DNA of 64,000 nucleotides from an uncultured Chloroflexia bacterium (GTDB lineage: Bacteria; Chloroflexota; Limnocylindria; Limnocylindrales; CSP1-4): contig CAWABV010000004.1 in assembly GCA_963780375.1 (NCBI GenBank), positions 35,662 through 99,661 of the forward strand, read 5' to 3'. This document shows, one piece after another, positions 18,778-27,826 of this stretch. The notes under the pieces were generated by a model. That model did not search any database. It was not told where the DNA came from and saw only the letters and a list, made by a program, of their open reading frames with translations. The position numbers and the translations under genes are program-made. Every line of letters starts with the position of its first letter. The stretch's first letter is position 1.

Positions 18778-18847
18778 TACCGCGGTGACGCGCTACCGCG
18801 GTGACGCGCTACCGCGGTGACGTGCTAACGCGCTAACGGTAACGCGC
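18778..18847. repeat. 16-bp tandem repeat x3 plus partial copies
   Basis: TACCGCGGTGACGCGC x2, TACCGCGGTGACGTGC, then TAACGCGC fragments; between convergent genes. Confidence 0.85.
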
Positions 18848-18855
18848 TCCCTGGT

Positions 18856-19569
18856 CTACCGAGCGCGCGCCTCGCGCAGCGCCTCGGCGACCCCTCGATC
18901 CCATGGATCGCCGTGGCCGACGAGCACCCACTGGGCACCGATCCCGTCGAGCCGCGCCCACGCGGCGCGAGCGCCCTCCGGGTCGAGCGTGAACGGCGCG
19001 ATCCGCGGGCCGACCTCGCCTGTCAACACGTTCCTGGTCGTCATCGCGTCCCCGACGAACACCGCGTCGACCGTCGGCACGTGGATCCCGACACTCCCCG
19101 GCGTGTGGCCCGGCATGTGGATGATCCGCGGCGAGCCGGGCAGATCCAGGGTCGCGCCGTCATCGAACGACACGAGCTCCGTGACCGGCGGGATCCGCAG
19201 GCCGCCGTTTCGACCTGTGTACCAGAGGAAGCTCAGCAACGAGCCGATCTTGATCGGACCCCAGCCACTGTTCGGCTTCTTGACCTCCGCCCGCGCCCGC
19301 GGCGCGTCGGCCTGGTGGACGAACACCGGCACGCCTCGTTCCCGGCGGAAGCGCTCGGCGAAGCCGACATGGTCCGTGTCGCCGTGGGTCAGGACGACGC
19401 CGCGGACGTCATCGAGCGATCGACCCATCGATGCCAGCTCGCCGGGGAGCTGCTTCCAGTAGCCGGGCAGGCCGGCATCGATGAGGGTGACGCCCGTCTC
19501 ATCGGCCACGAGATAGCTGTTGACGATGGTCGAGCCACCGAGTCGATGGAGCGACGGTCCGAGTTTCAC
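18856..19569 (-). CDS. Metallo-beta-lactamase fold hydrolase
   Basis: LIDAG, THGDTDHVG, PGHTPG, VGDA, VGHG; AGGAG RBS before GTG 19569. Confidence 0.9.
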   Translation of the reverse strand: MKLGPSLHRLGGSTIVNSYLVADETGVTLIDAGLPGYWKQLPGELASMGRSLDDVRGVVLTHGDTDHVGFAERFRRERGVPVFVHQADAPRARAEVKKPNSGWGPIKIGSLLSFLWYTGRNGGLRIPPVTELVSFDDGATLDLPGSPRIIHMPGHTPGSVGIHVPTVDAVFVGDAMTTRNVLTGEVGPRIAPFTLDPEGARAAWARLDGIGAQWVLVGHGDPWDRGVAEALREARAR

Positions 19570-19771
19570 CTGCGTTCTCCTGGGGCGTGCGTCCATCGAC
19601 GGCCGGCGCCTTCGACCGCGGACGTGCGGCTGACTGATGATGACGACCGCGACAAGGGCGTGCCTGACATCGCGGGACATCGGGATCGCACCCCGACGCG
19701 ACGAAGGGACCACGTCCCGCCGGGACGTCTTTCTACCCCAGGCACTTGCCAGCCGAGCCTAGACTCGACCG

Positions 19772-21118
19772 GTGGACCCGGCCGCCCAGACCTTCGTCCA
19801 ACTCGTCGCCCTTGTCCTGCTCGGGTTGCTGGTCGTGCGCATCCTGACGTCGCTCCCCGGCTGGCTGCGACGAGACCGCCGACCCGAGGCCCGGTCGATC
19901 ATGGTCGTCGGCGTCGGCGGTGGCGGCGGCAACGCCGTCGACCGGATGGTCGACGTCGGGCTCCCGACTGTCGGCTTCGTCGCCGTCAATACCGATGCCC
20001 AGGCCCTTCGTGAGTCACGCGCCGAACAACGCGTCCGCATCGGCGACCGTGTCACCCGCGGGCTCGGCTCAGGCGGAGATCCGGAGATCGGCCGCCGCGC
20101 CGCCGAGGAGGACGCCGAACGCATCGGCGCTGCCGTCGCGGGGGCGGATCTCGTGTTCGTGACTGCCGGACTCGGGGGCGGGACGGGCTCCGGCGCCGCG
20201 CCCATCGTCGCTGCCAAGGCCCGTGAGGGTGGCGCGCTGACGATCGCGGTCGTGACCAAGCCATTCGATTTCGAAGGGACGCCGCGACGCGACATCGCCG
20301 AGGACGCTGCTCAACGACTGCTCGCCGAGGTCGACGCGATGATCACGGTGCCCAATGACCGCATCGGCCAGGTCATCGACCCCGACGCATCCGCCCTCGA
20401 GGCGTTCCGGGTCGTCGATGAGGTGCTACTCAAAGGCGTCGAGGGTATCGTCGAGCTGCTCACGTCGCCGGGCCTCATCAACCTCGATTTCGCCGACGTC
20501 CGCTCGGTCGTCCAGGGTGCCGGTCCGGCGCTCATCGGTCTGGGCGAGGGCCACGGAGAAGGACGTGCGGTCGAGGCCGCGCGTCAGGCGGCGTCGAGTC
20601 CATTGCTCGAGGCCAGCATCAACGGCGCGCGCGGCGTGCTGCTTCACATATCCGGGCCGGCCGACCTGAGCCTGCGGGAAGTTCGGCAGGCCGCCGACGA
20701 GATCCGTGCCGCGGCCGATCCGCGCGCGAACGTCATCTTCGGTGCGAGCATCGGCGAGGTACCCGAGGGCGGGGTCCACATCACGTTGATCGCCACGGGG
20801 TTGGACGGCCACCGGCAGGCCGAGCCGCTGCCGCGGCCGACCCCGATCGCCCGCCCAGTGCCGCCCCCCGAGCCGGCCCTCGAGCCAGCCGGCGAGCCGG
20901 CCCTCGAGCCAGCCTCCGAGCCAGCCCCCAAGCCGGAAGCCACCGCTGCACCGACTCCTGCCGCGCCATCGACGACTCCGGCGCCCGACCTCCAACTCGG
21001 CCTCGACGAATCGCTCGACCTGCCGTCCTTCCTGCGCAACCCTCGCCCGACCTCGGGCACGGGACGTCGGCGCGACCCAAAGGATTCCCCGTCGCCGACC
21101 GGCTCGCGGTCGAGCTGA
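19772..21118 (+). CDS. ftsZ: Cell division protein FtsZ with an N-terminal hydrophobic (predicted TM) extension
   Basis: VVGVGGGGGNAV, NTDAQAL, GLGGGTGSGA tubulin signature, INLDFADV T7 loop, P/E/A linker, C-terminal LDLPSFLR peptide. Confidence 0.93.
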   Translation: MDPAAQTFVQLVALVLLGLLVVRILTSLPGWLRRDRRPEARSIMVVGVGGGGGNAVDRMVDVGLPTVGFVAVNTDAQALRESRAEQRVRIGDRVTRGLGSGGDPEIGRRAAEEDAERIGAAVAGADLVFVTAGLGGGTGSGAAPIVAAKAREGGALTIAVVTKPFDFEGTPRRDIAEDAAQRLLAEVDAMITVPNDRIGQVIDPDASALEAFRVVDEVLLKGVEGIVELLTSPGLINLDFADVRSVVQGAGPALIGLGEGHGEGRAVEAARQAASSPLLEASINGARGVLLHISGPADLSLREVRQAADEIRAAADPRANVIFGASIGEVPEGGVHITLIATGLDGHRQAEPLPRPTPIARPVPPPEPALEPAGEPALEPASEPAPKPEATAAPTPAAPSTTPAPDLQLGLDESLDLPSFLRNPRPTSGTGRRRDPKDSPSPTGSRSS

Positions 21119-21123
21119 CCGAG

Positions 21124-21792
21124 CTACGAGTCGGCTGGCAGCCGCTCCCCGGCCTCGATCCGCATCGGCAGTCGGTTCTCGGCGGGCGTCAGCGGGCAGG
21201 AATAGCGCGGGTCGTACACGCACGACGGGTGGTACGCGAGATTGAAGTCGAGCGAGTACGTCCCGTCGTCCTCGGGCTCGAGGTCGAGATACCGGCCCGC
21301 GCCGTATGTCTCACGCCCGCTCGTCGCGTCCAGGAATGGCACGAACAATGACTGCTCGTCACCGCCGTCGAAGGTATACGCAGTCAGCCCGTGCCGGTCG
21401 CCGTTGCGGTCGAAACGCAGGACGCCGGCGCGGTGCGCCGGTCGCAGCTGACCGTCCGATGTCGGGATCTGGAAGTCCGACGGCTCATCGCCGGTGTATG
21501 GCTCGAGGTCGATGTCCTCGAAGCGCCAGTCCGGATCGATCGCGTAGTAGGGCAACCCGGCGAAGGCCGCTCGCTCCCCCTCGGGTACCGGGCTATGCGG
21601 GTTCGACTGGAAGAAGGCGTCCTTGTCGGCGCGGAACTCCGCTAGGGCCTCCTCGTACGTGAGGACACGATGCTCGTGGTGATGGTGCTCGCCGTGGTCG
21701 TCGTCGCCATGGTCGTGGTCGTCGTGCCCGTGCTCCCCGTCGCCGCGGTCGTGCCCGGGCTCCGCGTGCCCGTGGTCGTGCTCTTCGGTCAT
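21124..21792 (-). CDS. DUF1684 family protein with a His/Asp-rich N-terminal tail
   Basis: LFVPFLDATSGRETYGAGRYLD, LDFNLAYHPSCVY..YSCPLTPAENRL; GGAGG RBS. Confidence 0.88.
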   Translation of the reverse strand: MTEEHDHGHAEPGHDRGDGEHGHDDHDHGDDDHGEHHHHEHRVLTYEEALAEFRADKDAFFQSNPHSPVPEGERAAFAGLPYYAIDPDWRFEDIDLEPYTGDEPSDFQIPTSDGQLRPAHRAGVLRFDRNGDRHGLTAYTFDGGDEQSLFVPFLDATSGRETYGAGRYLDLEPEDDGTYSLDFNLAYHPSCVYDPRYSCPLTPAENRLPMRIEAGERLPADS

Positions 21793-21873
21793 GTCGCCTC
21801 CGTCGCGCCATCGTGCGCGTCGGGGACTTCGCTGTCGACTCTGGTAGCCTCGCGCCCTCACCAGAGGGGGTAG

Positions 21874-23172
21874 ATGACGGGTCGATCCGCTGGCCTTCGC
21901 GGGCCAATCGCCAGCTCCCTCGCCTCGAGCCTCGTCGCGCTCGTGGTCGCTGCGTGTCTGGGCATGCCCTCCCCGGGGTCACCGGCGCCATCCTCGACAT
22001 CGATCACGGCACCGACGACTTCGCCGGCCACGTCGGCGTCACCGTCGACCTCCGCCAGCGCTCGACCATCGGCATCGACTGCGGCCGAGCTTCTCCCGAT
22101 CTCCGGGGTGTGGCGCGTACGGAAGGTACTCACAGCCCAGGACCGATCCGGACTCATCGACGATCCGACCTTCGACGAGGAGACTTACAGCGTCGATGCG
22201 AGGTGCGACCAGGAGCCGTGTGACACGCTGAAGGTCACGACGACTCCACTCGGGCTGTCGTCGCCCGCGACGACCGTCGACATGACCCGCGACGGCGCGA
22301 TCTACGCATCGAGTGGCCAGCTCGCCCAGGGCTCGAGCTGTCTGAACGGTTTCGGCGACCGCGTCGATGGCGGCGCCAATACCGCGTCCACGCTCCAGCT
22401 CTGGGTCGCGACCGACCGACCCGCCGGTTCGTCGGTGGCCTCAGAGGCGCTCCACGGCACGATCGAACTCGACATCACACCGACGCCGATCGGCGAGGCG
22501 GCCGGATGTGAGCCTCAGACCGCGGCGTTCGAGCTGAGCGGGCGGCGCGAGGAGGTCGCCGTCCGCAACCCCGACGGTTCCTCGTCGGGGCCTGACGTGA
22601 AACCGCCGGCGGGCGCGACCGTCGTCGCGCTGCCGACGCTCACGGCACGGGTGCCCGGCGCGACGGTCAAGTACTTCGCGATCAGCGGCGATACGTCGAT
22701 CGAGCTCGCCGAGAGCATCGGCCGTGGCGGCGCGAAGGCCTGCGGGACGATCGACTACGAGTGGTACCGCGGCGACGCCCGTCCGAGCGCGTGCACCATC
22801 ACACGCCTGACCGACACTCGCCAGTCGATCAGGATCTCCACGAGCTCGTCCGGGGTGTGCCGCATCCGCGATGCCGACGTCGCCGCGACCTACACGATCT
22901 ACATCCCTCGATGGGCCGAACCGAAGCGCGTCCCGAAGCGGCTCCTCGATTGGTGGCGCCGGATCGTCGACTTCATCGCCGATCACGAGGCCGGCCACGT
23001 GCGCATCGGACGCGATTACATCCGGCGGCTCAACGAGCGACTGGTCGGCAAACCATGCGAGAACCTCGGCTCGATCGTGCAGAGCTGGGCGCGCCAGCAC
23101 GCCGGGGCGCAGGAGGCGTACGACCGAAGCGAGTACTCCCAGCCCTGGCCCCAACCAGCAGCTGGGTATTGA
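21874..23172 (+). CDS. Secreted/lipoprotein with a C-terminal DUF922-like Zn peptidase domain
   Basis: VAAC, S/T/P linker, KYFAISG, IYIPRW, HEAGH (HExxH). Confidence 0.65.
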   Translation: MTGRSAGLRGPIASSLASSLVALVVAACLGMPSPGSPAPSSTSITAPTTSPATSASPSTSASARPSASTAAELLPISGVWRVRKVLTAQDRSGLIDDPTFDEETYSVDARCDQEPCDTLKVTTTPLGLSSPATTVDMTRDGAIYASSGQLAQGSSCLNGFGDRVDGGANTASTLQLWVATDRPAGSSVASEALHGTIELDITPTPIGEAAGCEPQTAAFELSGRREEVAVRNPDGSSSGPDVKPPAGATVVALPTLTARVPGATVKYFAISGDTSIELAESIGRGGAKACGTIDYEWYRGDARPSACTITRLTDTRQSIRISTSSSGVCRIRDADVAATYTIYIPRWAEPKRVPKRLLDWWRRIVDFIADHEAGHVRIGRDYIRRLNERLVGKPCENLGSIVQSWARQHAGAQEAYDRSEYSQPWPQPAAGY

Positions 23173-23335
23173 TCCGGAGGACTGACGGCGCGCACTCGTG
23201 ACAGGAATCCGACCAAGAGCCCGTCCCGAGGGAAACGTCGGAGTGCTGCTGGGCCTGACCGTGAAGGCGCGAGCAGAAGCCAGCAGCATGGCTGGAGGCT
23301 TCCAGGATGACGACTGACTCAAGCTCGCCCGCGCG

Positions 23336-23839
23336 TCAGAGCCCGAGGGCGATCTCCACATTCCAGCCGACGGCATCCAGCTCGTGCCGGGCGAACCTCT
23401 CACGTTGGTTTGCGACCTCGACTGTTAGCGCTCCGGCGTCACGGACACCCTCGACGATGAACGACACTCGGCAATCCCGATCGCGTCCGGAGTCGTCCCT
23501 GGGCACGGGCGCCTGGGCCTCTCCGAGATTCCCGCGCGCAACGAGTCGATCCTGGTCGTCGTAGATCGTCACGAGCTGGGCCGGAACGAGCGACACCGCG
23601 AGCATCGCATCGAGACAATCGGCCGCGGTGGGCAGCCGCTGCCTGGGGTAACTCCAACCGCCGTGGACGTCGCGGTCGAACTGAGCGCGCTCCGTGTCGA
23701 CCCACGTCACGGCGCCAGTGAGCGTCCGTACGTCCGATCGCGAGGTCAACGCGCGGCCACCCAGGACGGCGCAGCCGACCATGACGAGCGCGCCCACTAC
23801 GGCAAGCACGGTTGGTGATCGCGACACGGTCACCGACAT
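23336..23839 (-). CDS. Hypothetical membrane-anchored protein
   Basis: N-terminal hydrophobic segment; fills the intergenic gap. Confidence 0.55.
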   Translation of the reverse strand: MSVTVSRSPTVLAVVGALVMVGCAVLGGRALTSRSDVRTLTGAVTWVDTERAQFDRDVHGGWSYPRQRLPTAADCLDAMLAVSLVPAQLVTIYDDQDRLVARGNLGEAQAPVPRDDSGRDRDCRVSFIVEGVRDAGALTVEVANQRERFARHELDAVGWNVEIALGL

Positions 23840-23895
23840 GGTTGCGGTATAGCGTTCGTGACCCGCCTTGTCGAGGCGCGCACTACCCTGACGGC

Positions 23896-24474
23896 ATGAG
23901 ACGCGTCGGCTACTACATCACCATCACCACGGACGGCATGTACGCGGACCCCGATGGCGGCCTCGGTGGATTCGACCCGGCCGAGGAGGAGCATCGCTAC
24001 GCCAACGGCCTCGTGCGCGATGCCGGCGACCTCGTCATGGGCCGCGTCATGTATGGCGTGATGGACTATTGGGACGACCTCGATCTGGACGACCCGACCG
24101 TCTCCGATGTGGAGCGGGAGTTCGCCACGTTCTGGCGCGAGACGCCGAAGCTTGTCGTGTCGCGCGGCGACCCAGGGTTGCGGGCCAACGCCACCAAGCT
24201 CGAGGGCGAATTCGTCGAGGCCGTCCGCCGAATGAAGCAGCAGGACGGCCCCGACATCATGCTCGGCGCCGGCGCCGAGCTTTTCGCCACGGCCAGCCAG
24301 GCCGGGCTGATCGACGACTATCGATTCCTCATCGCGCCGATGGCGCTCGGCGACGGCAAGCGGCTCTTCGCCAAGCTCGATGAGCCGCTCAAGCTGCGGC
24401 TCACGAACTCGCACACCTTCCCATCCGGCTCCGTGCTGCTCGAGTACGCCCGCCGAGACGCGCCAGTCCGATAG
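23896..24474 (+). CDS. Dihydrofolate reductase/RibD C-terminal domain protein
   Basis: TTDGM, VMGRVMY, PKLVVSR, GLIDDYRFLIAPMALGDGKRLF. Confidence 0.88.
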   Translation: MRRVGYYITITTDGMYADPDGGLGGFDPAEEEHRYANGLVRDAGDLVMGRVMYGVMDYWDDLDLDDPTVSDVEREFATFWRETPKLVVSRGDPGLRANATKLEGEFVEAVRRMKQQDGPDIMLGAGAELFATASQAGLIDDYRFLIAPMALGDGKRLFAKLDEPLKLRLTNSHTFPSGSVLLEYARRDAPVR

Positions 24475-24707
24475 GTCACGGCGCCCGCTGCTGCCACGAC
24501 TCGCCGCCGTCCGTCGTCCAGCCGGGCTACGTCGATGCGCCTCCGCTGGCGTCTGGATCGATGACCCGCTCGGCGCCATCCGTGAAGGTCGTCAGGATGG
24601 CAATGTCGTCAGGCGGTCACCCTCGGAGACGCAGCCGTTCGGCCACGTTCTAGGGTAGATGGCGTCGAAAGTCGTCAAACTTGTCCCAACCCCTCGAGAG
24701 GAGACCG

Positions 24708-25877
24708 ATGACCATCGCCCAACCGCGGATGGACCGCATGGTCGCCAGCGTCGAGCACGTGTTCGGCTGGTTCACCGGCGGCGACTGGGAGCGGTATCAC
24801 CTCGATCCGGGCATCGCCGACTTCACGTTCGGGAACCCGCAGGAACTGCCACTCCCCGGGCTGGTCGACGCCCTCCGGTCGAATGCCATCCCCAAGGACA
24901 AGGACTGGTTCGCCTACAAGATGAGCGAGGAGGAGCCGCGGAACGTCGTGGCCGCCTCGCTCAAGGAGCGCACCGGCATCGACTACCGGCCGGAGGACAT
25001 CGCGATGACCGCCGGTGCGTTCGGTGCCCTCGGCGTGACGATCCGGGCGCTCGCCGACGAGGGCGACGAAGTGATCTTCCTCTCCCCGCCGTGGTTCTTC
25101 TACGAGCTGATGATCGCGTCCGCCGGAGCGACAGCCGTTCGCGTGCGCCTCCAGCCGCCCGGCTTCGACCTCGATCCCGACGCGATCGCCGCGGCCATCA
25201 CGCCGCGTACCCGGGCCGTCCTCGTCAACAGCCCGCACAACCCGACGGGCCGCATCTATCGCGAGCCGGAGCTCAAGGCTCTCGGCGACGTCCTGCGCGA
25301 GGCCTCTACACGCAACGGTCGGCCGATCGTGCTGCTGTCCGACGAGTCGTACAACCGGATCGTCTTCGACGGCATCGAGTTCCACAGCCCGGCGCTCGAC
25401 TACGACGCGACGATCACGATCTACACGTACGGCAAGACCACGCTCGCGCCTGGCCAGCGGATCGGCTACGCGGCGCTCCATCCGGAGTTCCCGGACCGAG
25501 CGGTCGTCGGGTATCGGGTCTTCGTCCAGCAACTGGCTGCCGGTTGGGGCTTCCCGAATGCTCTGCTGCAGCACGCCATCGGGGACCTCGAGGGGCTGTC
25601 GATCGACATCGACGCGCTCCAGGCGCGCCGCGACCGGATGGTGCCTGCCTTGCGCGAGATGGGTTATGAGGTCACGAACCCCGAGGGCACGTTCTACCTG
25701 ATGGTCCGCTCGCCCGACCCCGACGACCAGGCGTTCTGCACGCGGCTTGCCGAAGCCGGCGCGCTGGTCCTGCCGGGCACGATCGTCGAGACGCCTGGCT
25801 GGTTCCGGATCTCGCTTACCGCGAGCGACGAGATGGTCGAGAAGGGCCTGCGCATCTTCGGCGAGACGCGCATCTGA
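24708..25877 (+). CDS. PLP-dependent aminotransferase class I/II (aspartate aminotransferase-like)
   Basis: GNPQ, NSPHNPTG, SDESY, YGKTTLAPGQRIGY; GAGGAG RBS. Confidence 0.92.
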   Translation: MTIAQPRMDRMVASVEHVFGWFTGGDWERYHLDPGIADFTFGNPQELPLPGLVDALRSNAIPKDKDWFAYKMSEEEPRNVVAASLKERTGIDYRPEDIAMTAGAFGALGVTIRALADEGDEVIFLSPPWFFYELMIASAGATAVRVRLQPPGFDLDPDAIAAAITPRTRAVLVNSPHNPTGRIYREPELKALGDVLREASTRNGRPIVLLSDESYNRIVFDGIEFHSPALDYDATITIYTYGKTTLAPGQRIGYAALHPEFPDRAVVGYRVFVQQLAAGWGFPNALLQHAIGDLEGLSIDIDALQARRDRMVPALREMGYEVTNPEGTFYLMVRSPDPDDQAFCTRLAEAGALVLPGTIVETPGWFRISLTASDEMVEKGLRIFGETRI

Positions 25878-25958
25878 CATCCTTGCATTGATCGCGTCAC
25901 CGGGCGGTCGACACCGTCACCCGACCCCCGGGAGAGCGCGCGCTAGGAGGGGTTCGCC

Positions 25959-27035
25959 ATGCGGCGACGTATCGGCACCGTGGTCGGTGCTGCTCTGTTC
26001 ATCGGTGCGACGGTGCTGGCTGCGGCCGCGCCGGTCGCGGCAGACGACCACGATCGCGGGAGAGCGACGGTCATCCGGGACGGCCTTGCGTCGCCGAAGG
26101 CCCTCGCGCTGTTCAGCCGCAACTCGATCGCGATCGGGGCAGGCGCCTACGGACCACCCGGCCCTGCGCTCGAGTATGTCTTCCGCGGTGAGCAGAAGGG
26201 CACGTTCCGGACGATCCTCGACCCGGTGAGCGTCGTCGACGGCGCCGTCACGCCCGACGGCGCGATGTGGGCCATCGGCACGGATCAGACCCTCTACCGC
26301 CTCGGTTCGGATGGGGTCATCAAGCCGATCCTGAACATCGCCGCGTATCAGGCGGCAGACCTCGATCCGTACAACAACCCGGCCGAGGACCCGGCCGAGA
26401 CCAACCCATTCGGTCTCGCCGCGCTGAAGTCGAATGACGTCCTGCTCGCCGATGCAGCAGGCAACGACATCATCCGGGTCAAGCCCGACGGGACGGCATG
26501 GACCGTGGCCCGCTTCCCGCGCCGGCTGGTCAAGACCGACAAGGTCGGCGACCCGAGCCTGCCACCGAAGCTCCTCGCCGAGGCCGTTCCGACGAGCATC
26601 GCCATCGGGCGTGACGGCTATGCCTATGTCGGCCAGCTGGTCGGCTTCCCGGGCCGACCGGGGTCGGCCTACGTCTGGAGGGTCAACCCGAACGCCAAGG
26701 ACGCAATTTGCGAGGTCGGACACAAGACGAAGGCGTGCCGGACCTGGAAGGGCGGCTTCACGTCGATCATGGATCTGGCGTTCGATCCGCGGAACGGGAC
26801 GCTGTACGTCTACGAGATCGCCCGCAAGGGCTGGCTCGCCTTCGAAGAGGGCTTCGCCCCCGGCGGTGTCTTCCCCAAGGCGGTGCTGCTCGAGGTCCCG
26901 CGACATGGCGATCGACGCGAGCTCGTGAAGGGCAAGCTGTCCCAGCCGGGCGGGATCGTCGTCGGCCGAGGCGGCGAGATCTTCGTGACCGACGGCATGT
27001 TCACCGGAGGTCGACTGCTGCGCATCCGCCGGTAG
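25959..27035 (+). CDS. Secreted ScyD/ScyE-family beta-propeller protein
   Basis: Signal peptide; NPFGLA, DAAGND, EAVPTSIAIGRDG.AYVGQLVGFP. Confidence 0.8.
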   Translation: MRRRIGTVVGAALFIGATVLAAAAPVAADDHDRGRATVIRDGLASPKALALFSRNSIAIGAGAYGPPGPALEYVFRGEQKGTFRTILDPVSVVDGAVTPDGAMWAIGTDQTLYRLGSDGVIKPILNIAAYQAADLDPYNNPAEDPAETNPFGLAALKSNDVLLADAAGNDIIRVKPDGTAWTVARFPRRLVKTDKVGDPSLPPKLLAEAVPTSIAIGRDGYAYVGQLVGFPGRPGSAYVWRVNPNAKDAICEVGHKTKACRTWKGGFTSIMDLAFDPRNGTLYVYEIARKGWLAFEEGFAPGGVFPKAVLLEVPRHGDRRELVKGKLSQPGGIVVGRGGEIFVTDGMFTGGRLLRIRR

Positions 27036-27063
27036 GCGAAACAACCCCAAGAACTTCGCGCGT

Positions 27064-27100
27064 CGAGTGGCCGCGGGCCTGTCCAACCCGCGGCCACTCG
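27064..27100 (+). terminator. Stem-loop downstream of the ScyD/E gene
   Basis: CGAGTGGCCGCGGG / CCCGCGGCCACTCG 14-bp inverted repeat followed by CTTCT. Confidence 0.6.
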
Positions 27101-27123
27101 CTTCTCCCAAGGCTCGCCAGCCG

Positions 27124-27257
27124 TGGAACACTTGTTCCAACTGACGGCTAAACGTCTGTTCTTTCGCGGTTTGGAACATCACGGGTTCCAACGCGCGGCT
27201 GAAATGCCCCATCCGCTTCGTTCCGACGTTGGTCGTAACACGTGATGTTCCAGGTGC
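27124..27257. repeat. Multi-palindromic GAAC...GTTC element, copy 2
   Basis: Ungapped similarity to 17236-17311; shared end GATGTTCCAGRTGCG. Confidence 0.75.
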
Positions 27258-27454
27258 GGTTGAGCGCGCCGGCAGGTCTTTCGCGCAGAGAATGAACCGC
27301 AGATGCTGGTGCTCCGCCATAGCGTGACTGCTCACGACCCTCGTGCGCGCCGACCGATTCAGCGAGGGCACGCTCGCATGGGCATTCGAGAGCGGGCTGA
27401 TGGGCGCGATCGCGCGTCGGGCGGCGACGCTGGCCACCGAACTATCCTTGCCCG

Positions 27455-27820
27455 ATGGATGAGCAGACCGTCCGTGAACATGCCCGCGCGATGTGCGACG
27501 CGATCGTCGCCGGCGACGTCGAGACCGCGATAGCCGATGCGAGCCCCGAGCTTCGTCGCAACCTCGGCGAGGTGATCGGCTTGTTCCCGCTCCCGGCGAC
27601 GGAAGCGGCGATCGAGTCGATCACCCAGGGTGGGTCGAGCTACGTCGTCGTGCTGCGTATGGTCGGAGAGACCGACGAGGTCCAGGTGCAGACGCGATGG
27701 AAGGACCGCGAGGGCTCGCCGACCCTCGTCGAGGCCAGCCACCTCAGCCGCACGGAGCGCGCCGCGGAAGAACCGCTGGAGGCTGAGGGCGAGAACGGCG
27801 AGGGAGACGGACCCGCCTAG
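27455..27820 (+). CDS. Small acidic hypothetical protein (possibly NTF2-like)
   Basis: 121-aa ORF with typical codon bias; TATCCT -10 element 6 nt upstream. Confidence 0.7.
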   Translation: MDEQTVREHARAMCDAIVAGDVETAIADASPELRRNLGEVIGLFPLPATEAAIESITQGGSSYVVVLRMVGETDEVQVQTRWKDREGSPTLVEASHLSRTERAAEEPLEAEGENGEGDGPA

Positions 27821-27826
27821 ACGCGA

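Noticed and set aside
20870-20935. Repeated GAGCCGGCCCTCGAGCCAGCC units
   Set aside because: They encode the EPALEPA low-complexity FtsZ linker; not an independent element.
25959-27035. Scytonemin biosynthesis implied by the ScyD/ScyE-like gene
   Set aside because: No other scy genes are present; the family is a widespread secreted beta-propeller.
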